DNA of 64,000 nt, from contig CM059432.1 in the NCBI GenBank assembly GCA_030390025.1, positions 19,284,001 to 19,348,000 on the forward strand, read 5' to 3'. Every line of letters starts with the position of its first letter. Position 1 is the stretch's first letter. The notes beneath the pieces are model-generated. The model saw only the letters and a list, made by a program, of their open reading frames with translations. It ran no database searches and was not told the DNA's origin. Positions 1 through 13,145 of the stretch are shown here, piece after piece. This DNA comes from Squalus acanthias. Taxonomy: Eukaryota. The translations under genes were made by a program, and so were the position numbers.

Positions 1-575
1 AGTGTTGTTGCAACTGCACCCATCCAACCAAGTGCAGAGTATTCCATCACACTCCTGACTTGTGCCATGTAGGTAATGGAGAGCTTTTAGGGAGTCAGGA
101 GCTGGGCCTCTTGCCGCTGAAACCTGCTGTAATAGCTATGGCATTTATGTGGCTGGTCCAGTTGAGTTTTTGGTCAATGGTGACCCTCAGGATGCTGATG
201 GTGAGGGGCATGGTGATGGTAATGCCATTGAATGTTACGGGGAGGTGGTTAGGCTTTTGCTTATTGGAGATGGTCATTGCCTGGCACCTGTGTGGCACAA
301 ATGTTACTTTCTGCTTATCAGCCCAAGCCTGGATGTTGTCCACTCTTGCTGCACATGAACATGGACTGCTCCATTATCTAAGGAATTGCGAAATGAGCTG
401 AACATTGTGCAATCATCAGCGAACAGGCCCACTTCTGATCTTATGATGAAGCGAAGGACATTGATGAAGCAGCTGAAGATACTTGGGCCTAGGATGCTGT
501 CCTGAGGAAGCTGTCCTGAGGAACTCCTGCAGCGAAGTTCTGGGGCTGAGATGATTGGTCTCCAACAATCACAAC
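1..575 (-). mobile_element. Decayed non-LTR retrotransposon RT fragment (L2/Crack-like, CR1 group)
   Basis: Minus-strand peptides PQDSILGPSIFSCFIN...LFADD and ILRVTIDQKLNWTSHIN; homologous to 5975-6778; frameshifted. Confidence 0.85.
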
Positions 576-954
576 CTGAAATCATTAGGTGCAGCAGCTG
601 CCAGGATCAGCTCATACAGGCGGAAGTGAAGAGTTTCTGAGCCTGAAGTGTCTGGCGAGTTTGAATAGCGATTTCTGCAGCTGGGAACTATGTTTTGCCA
701 TTCTATCTATGAACACAAACACTTGCTTCTGATAGGTCAGACCACTAGCCTATTTTTTGGACCTTCACCCCCTACCCACAGTAGGGGCTTCTCAGGAGCA
801 AGTATGGCATTCCCTATGGGTATATTCTTGTATGCCATTATCATGCAGAAAAAGAAGGAGCAGCACAGGATAGGGAAAAGGAGAGTCAGGGAGCATTTAA
901 GGAGGTTGCAGTCCACCAGATATTGCCCCCAACCACCCCTCTCCCCCTTACGTG

Positions 955-1420
955 TAAGTGTCTCTTGTGGCTCAGTGGGTAGCACACTCGCCTCTGAGTC
1001 AGAAGGTTGTGGGTTCAAGTCCCACTCCAGGGACTTGAGCACATAAAGCTGACACGCCAGTGCAGTGCTGAGGGAGTGCTGCACTGTCGGAGGTGCCGTC
1101 TTTCAGATGAGATGTTAAACCGAGGCCCCGTCTGCTCTCTCAGGTGGATGTAAAAGATTCCATGGCTCTATTTCGAAGAAGAGTAGGGAAGTTATCCCTG
1201 GTGTCCTTGCCAATATTTATCCCTCAACCAACATCACAAAAACAGATTATCTGGTCATTCTCACGTTTCTGTTTGTGGGAGCTTGCTGTGTGCAAATTGG
1301 CTGCCGTGTTTCCTACATTACAACAGTGACTCCACTTCAAAAGTACTTCATTGGCTTTAATGCGCTTTGGGATGTCCGGTGGTTGTGAAAGGCGCTACAT
1401 AAATGCAAGTCTTTCTTTCT
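955..1420 (+). mobile_element. tRNA-derived Deu-domain SINE (SacSINE1-like), full length
   Basis: A box TGGCTCAGTGG, B box GGTTCAAGTCC, Deu core GAGGTGCCGTCTTTCAGATGAGATGTTAAACCGAGG, tail GGCGCTACATAAATGCAAGTCTTTCTTTCT; several copies in the window. Confidence 0.9.
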
Positions 1421-1639
1421 TACTCACAGACTATACAGGCAACACAGGTCGTATGAGGACTTTTCTGAGGAGTTGTGCAAATGAAGAGTGCTCGTCACCA
1501 AAGAGTCTATAGGGAAGCTCTGCCACCTAATGTCAGAAACTGGGAACCATAAATTACCACCCAAGACAAATTTCACCCTCACTGTTTCCACTTGTGCGTG
1601 AGTCCAGAACAAAGGGGCTTCCATATAAGCTAGCCATTT

Positions 1640-1915
1640 CCTAAAGAATTTAGGAGGAATTTCTTTACACGGAGTGTGGTGAGAATGTGGAACTTGCTTC
1701 CACATGGAGCAGTTGTAGAAGATAAAATTGATGCATTTAAAGGAGAGGCTTGATGCATACATGAGGAAGAAGGGAGTAGAGGGATATGGGAGCAGGGTGG
1801 AAAGAGGTCATTAGAGCGGGCGGGGCGATCTTCTAGAGCATAAACACCGGCATAAACTAATTGGGTCGAATGGCCTGTTTCTGTGATGTAGATTCTATGT
1901 AATCCTATGTAAGAA
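1640..1915 (+). mobile_element. Decayed CR1 LINE 3' end
   Basis: Degenerate RRNFFT..MWNLLP..FKGELD coding end, GGGTCGAATGGCCT stem-loop and ATTCTATG-like tail. Confidence 0.75.
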
Positions 1916-3160
1916 CTTTTTGTGGGTTCAAGTGACTCCCATTCTATTCCATGATTTGTGTTTTCCCTGGGTATTGTGCAGGTTCAATGTCTCTGTTCAA
2001 GGGGCATGTTCAACATTTTGCATTCATATTGATTCAAGTAAATTTAAGATGGGTGTCAGTAATTGTTTAGGAATGAATCCCTTTTACATTCTAGTTAAAC
2101 AGGTTAACTACCGCTAAAATAGTACACAAAGCTGTTGTACACGCTCGCAGAGAAAATTACATCCCTGTACGTTTTAGAGAAAACTTATGTCTTTAGCTCC
2201 TGTCCCCTTAAATTGTCCTTATTGATTTTTCTTTCTGTTTCTCCACTTACCACATTGCCATTTGTGACAAGCTCATTTTACACCGCGTAAAATATTCACT
2301 TATCGACATTTCTCCCTGAATAATGAAATAGAGCATGCATCAAAAAACAATTTTCTTGAGAGTTTAAATTTTGCCGTTATAAGTTTGCCACAAATAACAC
2401 GAGCCTGTTTTCTAATATGTACTGAGTGTCTGTAATGTAATAATTCATTGTCAATTAGTTTCACTGCGGGTGAAACTACAGGTCAGATCCATACAATACT
2501 AACAGACATTTTAAAGAGTGAGATGGAATATGAAAGAAAAGTAAATGGAAACATAAATGCTACTTAATAGCTATAACTTTATATATTGTCAGGTTATTTT
2601 AATGTATGTTACATCCATTTATATAATACTTCTATTTTGTACATTTTATTTACTTTTTTTTCAATTCATATTATGATCCCTATCTTTAATCCAGCTTTCT
2701 TTAGAGGGAATTGGAGCTGATAAACATTTCTTAACAATATCTGATGCCAATATCTTAGGCTAAAATGCCCAGTTTTTCAGTGCTGCAGGCAAGAAGCAGT
2801 GACCTGAATTGCACTTACGATTGTCAAATTTAAGCACCACCCGCTATTTGGAAATAAGCAGTCAAAGGAGGAGAGAGAGGGAAAGAGGTGGAGAGGTTTA
2901 AGGAGGGAATTCCAGAGCTTAAGGGCTTAGGCAGCTGAAGGGACGGCCGCCAATGATGGAGCGATTAAAATCGAGGATGCCTCTCCTCCCCCATCTGGCT
3001 TCAATACACATATTCAATGCCTGTAGGTTTTGACCGTAATTTTTAAATCAGCATGATTTAATTTCGTTTTAAAACCCTTAATGATAACTCATTCCCTCAA
3101 TCCTTTCCGTGAAGAAAAACTGATCAAATAACCCAAAGTGTGACATATCTCCATTCCACG

Positions 3161-3418
3161 TAGAGTTGCCAACTCTCCGGGATTATCCTTGAGGATCCAG
3201 GAATTAAAAAGTAATCTTCCAGAAACTGCTGTGAGCAACCCAGGATAAAAATCCTATGGGTACTATAAAAGGATTGTGCTGGTTTTTATTTTCTTTGAGC
3301 ACTTTTCTTAATTAGTTGTAAAAATATTGGAGATGAGAATAAAGGCTGTTTGACTGGGCGATTGGAGGTCACATGATGAAACCCTCAGGCTTATGTCCAA
3401 CCAGAGTTGGCAACCCTA
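3161..3418. mobile_element. hAT-type MITE (258 bp)
   Basis: TIRs TAGAGTTGCCAAC / GTTGGCAACCCTA; both ends resemble the ends of the hAT at 49450-52454; candidate 8-bp TSD matches only 5/8. Confidence 0.75.
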
Positions 3419-3573
3419 CTCCCGCGGGAGAGGTCCCTTGCATGTGTACCCTACACCTCATTCGGAGCCATGACTGCTAATCCTCTCATACTCCAGGAAC
3501 CTACGAGCTTTAATTTAAAAAAAGTTCTTTGAATGTGCTCAACACTGGCAAGGCAGTATTCATCGGGCATTTA

Positions 3574-4395
3574 GGGCTGGATTTTGCCAGCCCTGGGGAG
3601 GTGGGTTTGGAGGTGGGACTGCCGGGAAAATGGCAGAATTTGGGGGCGGGTGCCCAACCCGCCCCCAACCTGCCTCCATGCCATCTTGCCAGGAGGCAGG
3701 TAGCCTACCCGTGCCGGGTCCCGTCTCCTTAGAGGCGGGAAGGGATTACAGCCACTTAACTGCCTGTTAACAGGTAGTTAACAGGCAGATAAGAGGATTA
3801 TCCCCATTTTGCCCACACAAGTGTAGGCTTCCCGAAGGCTCCGAACCCCGCCAGGGTCACCGAGGCGAGTAGTGGGTCTGCGGGGGTCGGAGGGGTGCAA
3901 AACTGCGCTGTGAAGGTGAGTGATGGGTGCAAGTGTGGAGAGGTGAGTATCTGAGGTAAGTGCAAAGTGTTTCTTCCTGCAGGCTTCAATCCTTGGGTAT
4001 GCAGAGAGTCTCGCACCTCCGCAGTAGAGATGACAGATGGCCGTTGCATTCTCCAATGCAATAACCATCTAATTTCTGCAAAAGAAAGAGGTTTGATGAG
4101 GTCTTGAATTCAAGAACTCATCAAACTATAGAGAATGTCAGTGTTTGACAACTTCACAAAGCTGTCAAACGATGACAAATCATCTGTCAAAAATTTTTGA
4201 CAGATGAAACGTCATACACTGACGCTCTCTGTAACCGGCTTTCCCTTAATTGGCCTGCTAAGCCCACTGGGCGGGCTTAACAAGGTCAATCAAGGGAAAA
4301 TAGCGTGGGTTAGCCAGAAGTTGATGGAGGCGGGACTGAAACCCGACAAGTGGGAGTCCCGCCTCCAAAAGCTCCCCATTGACAAAATCCAGCCC
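3574..4395. mobile_element. Non-autonomous PIF/Harbinger element (MITE, 822 bp)
   Basis: Perfect TIR GGGCTGGATTTTG / CAAAATCCAGCCC; flanks TTA and TAA; inverted homologue of 13216-14028. Confidence 0.92.
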
Positions 4396-4809
4396 TAAGA
4401 GTCACATATTGGCCAGAAGAAACAAATCTTTTCCCTGGTCTTTTTTCAGGTGCCTGCCCACAAATTACCAGATTTACTGAACTCAGTTTCATAACCGCAC
4501 CCCCCAGCTTCATCTCAGAATGGTAGCTGGATACTGATTCTGAGTTCCACCATGGAATAAATAAGCCAGGCCTCATTTCCGTAGCAGCGGGTGAGTTTCT
4601 AACTCCGGCCAATAGCTGGAGTCACGTGTAAATCAGACAAAGTGTGCGAGGCAGGTTCTCTTTCCAGGACATTAGTAAACAAGTTAGATTTTTACAACAC
4701 TCCAGCAACTTTCAAATGACCAGATTTGTTAAATTTCACTTCACAACTTGCCTTGGTGGGATTTGAATTCATGACTTTGAGCTGCCAATCCAGTACCATA
4801 ACCATTAAC

Positions 4810-5240
4810 CAGTGATGGAATACTCTCCAATACCTTAAACATCTACTCACTCCACCACTAGCACACCATGGCTGCAGAGCATTCTATCTACAGGATGCAC
4901 TGCAGCAACTTGCCAAGGCTTCTTTGACAGAACTTCCCAAACTCCTGACCTTCCCTACCTAGAGGGACAAGGGCAGCAAGTGCATGGGAACACCATCACC
5001 TCCAAGTCCTCCTTCGAGTTACACACCATCCCGTCTTGGAAATATATCGCCGTTCCTTCATCGTCGCTGGGTTAAAATCCTGGAACTCCCTCCCTAACAG
5101 CACTGTGGGAGTACCTTCACCACATAGACTCCAGCGGTTCAAGAAGAAGGCTCACCACCACCTTCTCAAGGGCAACTGGGGATGGGCAATAAACATTGGT
5201 CTTGCAAGTGACCCCCTTTTACCGAGAATGAATAAAAAGA
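4810..5240 (+). mobile_element. L2/Crack-like LINE 3' fragment
   Basis: SFIVAGLKSWNSLPNSTVGVPSPHRLQRFKKKAHHHLLKGN, same C-terminus as ORF 6035-6550; ends in GAATAAAAA. Confidence 0.85.
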
Positions 5241-5364
5241 AATCTGAAAAAGATCCAGAGGAGGACGACTTGATGGATACCTATTTAAGGGCCCATAAGT
5301 TATCAGGGCTGGGTTTTAGAAAAGTGTAGAATACAGGAGGATATGATTATAAGGGTCAGGTATT

Positions 5365-5490
5365 CAGGTCATCGACCTTAATCGTTAACTCTGTTTCTCT
5401 CTTCACAGATGCTGCCTGACCTGCTAAGTATTTCCAGCATTTTCTGTTTTTATTTCAGATTTCCAGCATCTGCAGTATTTTGCTTTTCGG
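5365..5490 (+). mobile_element. Penelope terminal-repeat fragment (partial hammerhead, uninterrupted)
   Basis: GGTCATCGACC...CGTTAACTCTGTTTCTCTC..CACAGATGCTGCCTGACCTGCT, as at 56746-56835. Confidence 0.8.
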
Positions 5491-5499
5491 ATTGTGATC

Positions 5500-5975
5500 A
5501 TGTCATTCAAAATAATGAAAGGATTAGCTTCTTTCCAAGTGGATAGGTTTTTTGAACAAGTTAGGCAAGACAGGACTAGAGTTATGTTGGCTTAGATGCC
5601 AGAAAGAATTGATTTTCGTCAAGGGTAGTCGACCTTTGGAATAGGTTGGCAGCACTTGTGGTGAGTGCGGATTTGCTGAAAGCCTTCAAAAGGGAGCTGG
5701 ACGAGCTCCTGTGAGTGGGTGAGATCTCAACTTGTAGAAGGTAACTGGGACTTTTCAGTCACCATGGTCTCCCAGAGCTTGCTTGATCACCTTCAGAGGT
5801 CAGAGAGGAAGTTCCCAGAGTTTTTTTTTCCTAAATTGGCCTGTCTTTTTCTTTCTGATGTTTTTGCCTATCCCAGGAAGTTGCATGACCCTGGATGGGG
5901 GTCAACGGTGTGGGTGGGTTTCACTGTGTTGGGTTGGGACAGGCTTGATGGAACAACTGGACTTTTCCTGTCCTT
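5500..5975 (+). mobile_element. Highly decayed CR1-like 3' end
   Basis: Degenerate FKIMKG, RVVDLWNRL and AFKRELD motifs. Confidence 0.55.
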
Positions 5976-6778
5976 TTTTTATTCGCTTATGGGATCTGGG
6001 CGTCGCTGGCAAGGCCAGAATTTATTGCCCATCCCTAGTTGCCCTTGAGAAGGTGGAGCTGAGCCGCCTTCTTGAACCGCTGCAGTCCGTGTGGTGAAGG
6101 TACTCCCACAGTGCTGTTAGGGAGGGAGTTCCAGGATTTTGAACCAGCGACGATGAAGGATCGGCGATATACTTCTAAGTCAGGATGGTGTGTGACTTGG
6201 AGGGGACCTTGGAGGTGGTGGTGTTCCCATGCGCCTGCTGCCCTTTTCCTTCTAGGTGGAAGAGGTCGCGGGTTTTGGAGGTGCTGCCAAAGAAGCCTTG
6301 GCGAGTTGCTGCAGTGCATCTTGTAGATGGTGTACACTGCAGCCATGGTACGTGGGTGGTGGAGGGAGTGAATGTTTAAGGTGGTGGATGGGGTGCCAAT
6401 CAAATGGGTTGCTTTGTCCTGGATGGTGTCGAGCTTCTTGAGTGTTGTTGCAGCTGCACTCACCCAGGCAAGTGGAGAGTATTCCATCACACTCCTTACT
6501 TGTGCCTTGTAGATGGTGGAAAGGCTTTGGGGAGTCAGGAGGTGAGACACTCGTCACAGAATACCCAGCCTCTGACCTGCTCTTGTTGCCAAGGTATTTA
6601 TGTGGCTGGCCCAATTAAGTTTCTGGTCAATGGTGACCCCCAGGATGTTGATAGTGGGGGATTCGGCGATGGTAATGCCGTTGAATGTCAAGGGGAGGTG
6701 GTTAGATTCTCGCTTGTTGTAGCTAGTCATTGCCTGGCACTTCTGTGGCGCGAATGTTACCTGCCACTTATCAGCCCT
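5975..6778 (-). mobile_element. L2/Crack-like LINE, RT C-terminal part and 3' end
   Basis: ORFs 6554-6841 and 6035-6550: ADKWQVTFAPQKCQAM, ILGVTIDQKLNW, IYKAQVRSVMEYSPLAW. Confidence 0.9.
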
Positions 6779-7469
6779 TTTTCTTAAGTGCATATGTTCG
6801 CATGATTGTTCACATTTCCTACCTGCAACAAAACTCAGCATGCTTACAAAGACCAGCTCCCAAAACAGAGTGCGCAGGGCAGAGCAGCACTGGGAATCAC
6901 TCTCTGAAACTGGATCAAAGCATCTAAATAAATTGCCTTAACTCTTTGCTGCAATAAACTTGTCTGTAGCTTGCCCCAGAAAGGCTTGTTTCATGCAAGC
7001 ACTATAGTGGGCTTTCCTTTAGAAAATAAATTAAAAAAACATTTTGCCTAATAGAGCCAGAGTTTGATATGTGAAATTTTAATTATACTAATGAACTTTA
7101 ACCAGCAGTAATATAGATTGATGGTTTAGACTAAATAATTTCCTGATGAGAATCATTTGACCAGAAGTATTTTTTTTGTTTTTTTCTAATTAAGGCATGA
7201 ACAGTGTTTCCTAAACACAATCCATTCCATTATTTATGCTAATTATTATGAACAGTCATTATTGTTAGATTGTGCTGCACATTATAATGGAATTATTTTA
7301 TCATAATGTCCTATAGTTCAGCCTCTGATTAATGCTCGGTTCCATATTCCTTATTTTTACCCAATTAATTCAACAACACATATACCAAAGAACATTGTTT
7401 CATCCCCCTCCCCTCCCCCATAATTAAATTTTTCCCATGCTCAGATAAAATATCTCCCTGTGAAAAATA

Positions 7470-8505
7470 TATTTTAGTTCATCACATTATAATATTTTAT
7501 TTATCACATTATTATATTTTACTTGATCACATTATAATATTTTATTGATCACATTATTATATTTTATTTATCATTTTATATTTTAGTTGATCACATTTTT
7601 ATATTTCAGTTGATCACATTTTTATATTTTATCACTTTATTATATTTTATTTCACATTATTTTTTAGTTGATCACATTATTATATTTTATCACTTTATTA
7701 TATTTTATTTCACATTATTATATTTTAGTTGATCACATTATTAAATTTTATTTATCACATTATAATATTTTATTCATCACTTTATTATATTTTATTTATC
7801 ACATTATTATATTTTATCACTTTGTTATATTTTATTTCACATTATTATATTTTAGTTGATCACTTTATTATATTTTATTTATCACATTATTATATTTTAT
7901 CACTTTGTTATATTTTACTTATCACATTATATTTTAGTTTATCACATTATAATATTTTATTTATCACATTATATTTATCAAATTATTATATTTTGTTTAT
8001 CACATTTTTATATTTTATTTATCACATTATTCTATTTCAGTTTATTACATTATTATATTTATCACATTATTATATTTTATTTATCACATTATTTTATTTA
8101 TCACATTATTATATTTTATTTATCACTTTATTATATTTGTCACATTATTATGTTTTAGTTGATCACATTATTTTATTTATCACATTATTATATTTTATTT
8201 ATCACATTATTATATTTTAGTTCACATTATTATATTACTGATCACTTTATTATATTTTAGTTGATCACATTATTATATTTTATCACATTATATTTATCAC
8301 ATTATTATATTTTAGTTTATCACATTATATTTTATTTATCACATTATATTTTAGTTTATCGCTTTACTATATTTTATTTATCACATTATATTTTAGTTTA
8401 TTACTTTATTATATTTTCGTTTATCACATTATTATATTTTATTTATCACATTATTATATTTTAGTTTATCACATTATTATAGTTTAGTTTATCACATTAT
8501 TATAT
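7470..8505. repeat. AT-rich degenerate minisatellite, unit about 19-24 bp
   Basis: Dozens of copies of the core ATCACATTATTATATTTT, separated by ATTT, AGTTG or AGTTT linkers. Confidence 0.95.
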
Positions 8506-9239
8506 GGGAAATTGGTTGTGTTATCTCAGGGGAAGACATGTTGCTTCACAATTTTCTGCCACCGTGCTTGGAAATTTAAAGCTAAGCTGGTGGTACACCG
8601 TGTGTAAAGACCGAATGGAAAGTGAAGAATTGTAAACAACTAAGGGAATTTGTAAATTGGAAAGCACAATGTGGAGTTTCTGCATAATGTTTAGCCAGAT
8701 TATGATGACTGAGAGGAGGATGGAGGTAGCTGGTCCAACTTTGGGATTTCAATGTTTTGTTAGAAAATAGCTATCCAAGAATTTGCTCGAATTCAGCAAC
8801 AACTGAAGAGTTTACCATTGCCAAAAGCAGACTAGTTCAAAGCACAATAAACCATCAATATTTCCTTCAGAGTCACCCATAAATATTCAGATCCATTTCA
8901 GACTATTTGTTCACGTTATAAATTGTCAGTTTACTGTACCATCCAGGCTTACAGGAGTGTCAGTTTGGTTCCATTGGTAGGACTCCTGCTTCTATGTGAG
9001 AAAAGTGTGACCGAGGTTCAAATCACACTCCAGTATTTGGATTAGAGATCATTTTAAAGACCAGAAAGTCAGGAGGGCTGCTAAGTGATCTTTGCATTTA
9101 ATTGCCTGTTCTGTCCTCCTGCAGAGCAAGGCTCTGTGCTGGCAGTGTTACCTCAAAACATCTACCCCATTATGTAGGCTAACACTCCAATGCACTATTG
9201 AAGAAATGTTCCAACGTTGGAGTTTCCATGCTTCAACGG

Positions 9240-10645
9240 AATCAATGGAATTTTGGAAAATGACAACCAATGCATCCACTATCTCTATAGCCAACTCTTT
9301 CAAAACCCTAGGATGTAGGCCATCAGGTCCAGGGGATTTATCGGCTTGATTTATGACTCATAAGAACATAAACATAAGAACATAAGAAATAAGAACAGGA
9401 GTAGGCCATTTGTCCCCTTGAGCCTGCTCCGCCATTCAATAAGATCATAGCTGATCTGATCTTGGCCTCAGCTCCACTTCCCTGCCCGCTCCTCATAACC
9501 CTTGACTCCCTTATCGTTCAAAAATCTGTTGATCTCCACCTTAAATATATTAAATGACCCAGCCTCCACAGCTCTCTGGGGTAGATAATTCCACAGATTC
9601 ACGACCCTCTGAGAGAAGAAATTCCTCCTCATCTCCGTTTTTAATGGGCGACCCTTTATTCTGAAACTATGCCCCCTAGTTCTAGATTCCCCCACGAGGG
9701 GAAACATCCACTCTGCATTTACCTTGTCAAGCCCCCCTACATCCTAGGGTTTTGAAAGAGTTGGTTATAGAGATAGTGGATGCATTGGTTGCCATTTTCC
9801 AAAATTCCATTGATTTTAGAACGGTTCCCGCAGATTGGAAGGTAGCAAATGTAACCCCACCATTTAAGAAAGGAGTGAGAGAGAAAACGGGGAACTACAG
9901 TCCAGTTAGCCTGACATCAGTAGTAGGATAAATACTAATTATTAAGGACGTGGTAACAGGGCACTTAGAAAATAATAATAGGATTGGGCAGAGTCAACAT
10001 GGATTTATGAAAGGGAAATCGTGTTTGATAAATCTGTTGGAGTTTTTTGAGATTGTGATGAGTAGAATAGATGAGGTGCCACACAACAGGTTATTAAACA
10101 AAATTAGGGCTCATGGGATTGGGGGTAATATACTAGCATGGATTGAGGATTGGTTAACGGTCAGAAAACAGAGTAGGAATAAAAGGGTAATTTTCAGGTT
10201 GGCAGGCTGTAACTAGTGGGGTACTGCAAGGATCAGTGCTTGGTTCTCAGCTATTCACAATCTACATCAATGATTTGGATGAGACGACCAAATGTAATAT
10301 ATCCAAGTTTGCTGATGATCCAAAGCTGGTTGGGAAATGTAAGTTGTGAGGAGGATACATCGAGGCTTCAAGGGGATATAGACAAGCTAAGTGAGTGGGC
10401 AAGAACATGGCAAATGGAATATAATGTGGAGAAATGTAAAGTTATCCACTTTGGTGGGAAAAATAGAAAAGCAGAGTATTTTTTAAATGATGAGAGATTG
10501 GGAAATGTTGGTGTTCAGAGGGATCTGGGTGTCCTTGTACACGAATCACTGAAAGTTAACATGCAGGTACAGCAAGCAATTAGGAAATCAAATGGTATGT
10601 TGGCCTTTATTACAAGAGGCCATTTAGGACTGAGATGAGGAGGTC
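9240..10645. mobile_element. Rearranged CR1 LINE cluster (minus-strand 3' end 9358-9735; plus-strand RT 9736-10645; inverted duplicate 9240-9347)
   Basis: QHGFMKGKSCL, FADD, WQMEYNVEKC motifs; (CATAAGAA)n tail at 9360. Confidence 0.9.
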
Positions 10646-10649
10646 ACAA

Positions 10650-10826
10650 GCTTCCTGGCATTGAGTTCCCCGGCGATCGCTGTTATCAGCAGTGCTACGG
10701 GGTGGGGGGTCCTGATTTGGCGTGCGGCGCTGGATTCGCCTCGCCCTGTTGGTACTGGTCTCTACGCCACATTAGCGCCATCACAAGCGCTAACGGGCGG
10801 CGCTAAGGGGACAAATTTTTCCCCCA
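10650..10826. mobile_element. Terminal fragment of Harbinger-like MITE related to 54657-55548
   Basis: Ends AATTTTTCCCCC; shares TTAGCGCC and GCGCTAACGGG subterminal motifs with the 54657 element. Confidence 0.55.
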
Positions 10827-10873
10827 GAATATCTGATGAAACTAATAACTATAAAAACTGAAAGGAGACATTA

Positions 10874-12640
10874 GGGACTGGATTTTCCGACCAGAGGCGG
10901 GATGGTGGCGGGTTCGGTCTTCAGCGGGTTCCAGTCCCGCTCCCTGTTGCAGCCGCCCTCCATTAAGGATTTTCCCTAGATTGGCCTCATTAAGGCTGAC
11001 AAGGGCTCTAGCCGGCTCAATCGGTGGGTGCGGGTTAGATCCCCGCCCTTGATGACACGCTAGGAGCCTGGATATTTAAAGGGGCCATGTCCCCTTTGTT
11101 TTTCACTTTCTTTCTTCTGCCTTTAAATGCTGGTTGCTGCAGGAATGGCCGCACAACGCTCCAAGGCTGCTCCACGTTTCGATGATGACTCCCTCAATGC
11201 TCTTGTGGAGGGAGTAAGAGGACAAAAGGAGGTCCTCTTCCCCTCCAATGGACGGAGGAAGCCTCCTCAGCACACAAAGGCAGCCTGGCTGAAAATTGCT
11301 GAGGAGGTGAGTGCAAGGTTGGTGTGAACACGCACCTGGGTGCAGTGCAGAGAAAGGTTCAATGACCTGATGCGCTCAGCAAACGTGAGTATAACATCAC
11401 ACTTACCTTCAGTCTGCTTCCCATCTCTTCTCATCCCCATCACTCTGCATTGGCAACCTACTCCTGCACATCCCAACTGACCCTAACATCCTTGCACCCT
11501 CACCCATCCCTCTCTCTCTATGTATAAAATCACTTCACCATCCTACTATACACCCCTCACACTCGCTCTCACTATTATGCAATGACAACAACTAACAACG
11601 CACAGGGAGGGACCTTGGTATTGGCACCTCACTCCATCTTTGTCTCCTCTAAACATCTATCTTATCCATTCTTAACACTGACTCCATCAATCTCGCTGAA
11701 ACTCCACTTGTGTCCCTCACTGCAGGAAAAGAGAACCCACAATAAGAGGGAGAGAGGGAGGACAGGAGAGGCCCACCATCCCTGGCGCATATAACGACCG
11801 CTGAGGAGGCAGCTCTGGAGATCGTGGGAGGTGCAGAGGAGATAGAAGTGGGGGATGGAGAGACGGGCACAGTACAGCAAGGTGGTGACAGAATAGATTT
11901 GCAAACCTATCATTTTGTTTTCATAAGTGACTGATAGGGCATCTGATGCTCATACAAATATAGTTATGATCATTTGCACAATGGGATGTGTTTGCTACCT
12001 AAGTATAACATGTCTAACTCATGCCTTTACTCCCTCACAGGACCATCGAGAGCCCTCCTCCCCACTGTCCATGATGAAGAGCTGGAGGACTCCTCAGAGG
12101 AACCTGCAGCCTCTGAGGGAGCAGCGTCAGCAGAAATGAGCGCACCCAGCACCAGCGCAGAGACACACACCTCGGTGAGTAGTTTGCGAGATAGAGTAGT
12201 GTTGTCACCTGGTGTATCACAGCTCACAAGTGAGCATCAGCAGATGGTGGAGACAGAGACAGCAGAGGAGAGTCCTCATCGGAGGACGCTGGACGCTCCT
12301 AGCGCTGCTCAGCTGCATGTAGACGCTTTGCCCCTGGGGCCAGCCAGAAAGAGAGCAGTGCTGGAACTTCAGGAACAAGTGAAGCAGGCTCTGACTGGGA
12401 TTTGCATCTACGGTAACTGCAAGTGTGCAGAGAATGGAGGAGTCCATGACAAACATGAGCAATGCCGTGGTGCACGCAATGGCGAATGTAGGTACCGCCA
12501 TGGAAAGGATGGCAACCTCCATGGAGGACATAAATTGCCAGACTCAGGAGAACATGGTAACACTTCTGAATAGATGGTCATCTATGGAGGATAGATGGTC
12601 ATCCATTGAGAGGCGAAACCAGAGGTTCATGGACCGTGTC
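10874..12640 (+). mobile_element. Truncated Harbinger: one terminus plus Myb/SANT gene
   Basis: TIR-like GGGACTGGATTTT after TTA; colinear with the Myb half of 32897-37042. Confidence 0.88.
11145..12640 (+). pseudogene. Harbinger Myb/SANT-like DNA-binding protein, 3 exons (11145-11384, 11726-11884, 12041 to about 12640), disrupted
   Basis: KAAPRFDDDSLNALVEGV..EVLFP..TKAAWLKIAEEVS..WVQCRERFNDL; GT-AG sites at the same positions as in the copy at 34856-36771. Confidence 0.88.
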
Positions 12641-12649
12641 TATGTTAAT

Positions 12650-13070
12650 GGGGGCAAGTTGGCTACTGGGTGACAAGGGATACCAACTATTCCCATAGCT
12701 ATGACAACACTTTGTAAGGTCACCTGCAGATGAATGCTACAGTGAAGCACGTATGAAGACAATGATAAAAATTGAGCACACCATTGGAAACTCAAAGATA
12801 GGTTTCAGTGGCTGGATAGGTCTGGGGCAGCCTTGCAGTACATGCCAGCACTGTCTTGTGAATTGTGAAAGCATGTTTTGTGCTTCATAACATTGCAATC
12901 AGGAAAGAACTGATGGTAGATGTTTCAGAGGATGCCAGAGAGGCTGATGATGACGCCACAAGTGCTGAAGACCAGGACCATTAAGAACAGGAAGCAGGTG
13001 CAATGGCTAGCAGTGCTAGACAGCCAAGAGTCAGACTCATTATAGATGCCTTCATGGATGCACAGAGCAA
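12650..13070 (+). pseudogene. Harbinger DDE transposase C-terminal fragment
   Basis: WLLGDKGY, IEHTIG, DRFQWLDRSGAALQY and CFVLHNIA readable across frameshifts. Confidence 0.8.
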
Positions 13071-13145
13071 CATATTTGTAATTATCGGCCCATCAAAGAA
13101 CAAACTCCTCTCACTAACCTCTCTGTGATCTAAGTAAAATCCTTA

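Noticed and set aside
955..1030. tRNA gene (also near 19130 and 60151)
   Set aside because: A and B boxes run into a Deu-domain SINE body; no complete cloverleaf evident
7668..8464. Hydrophobic I/L/Y/F-rich ORFs
   Set aside because: Translations of the AT-rich minisatellite
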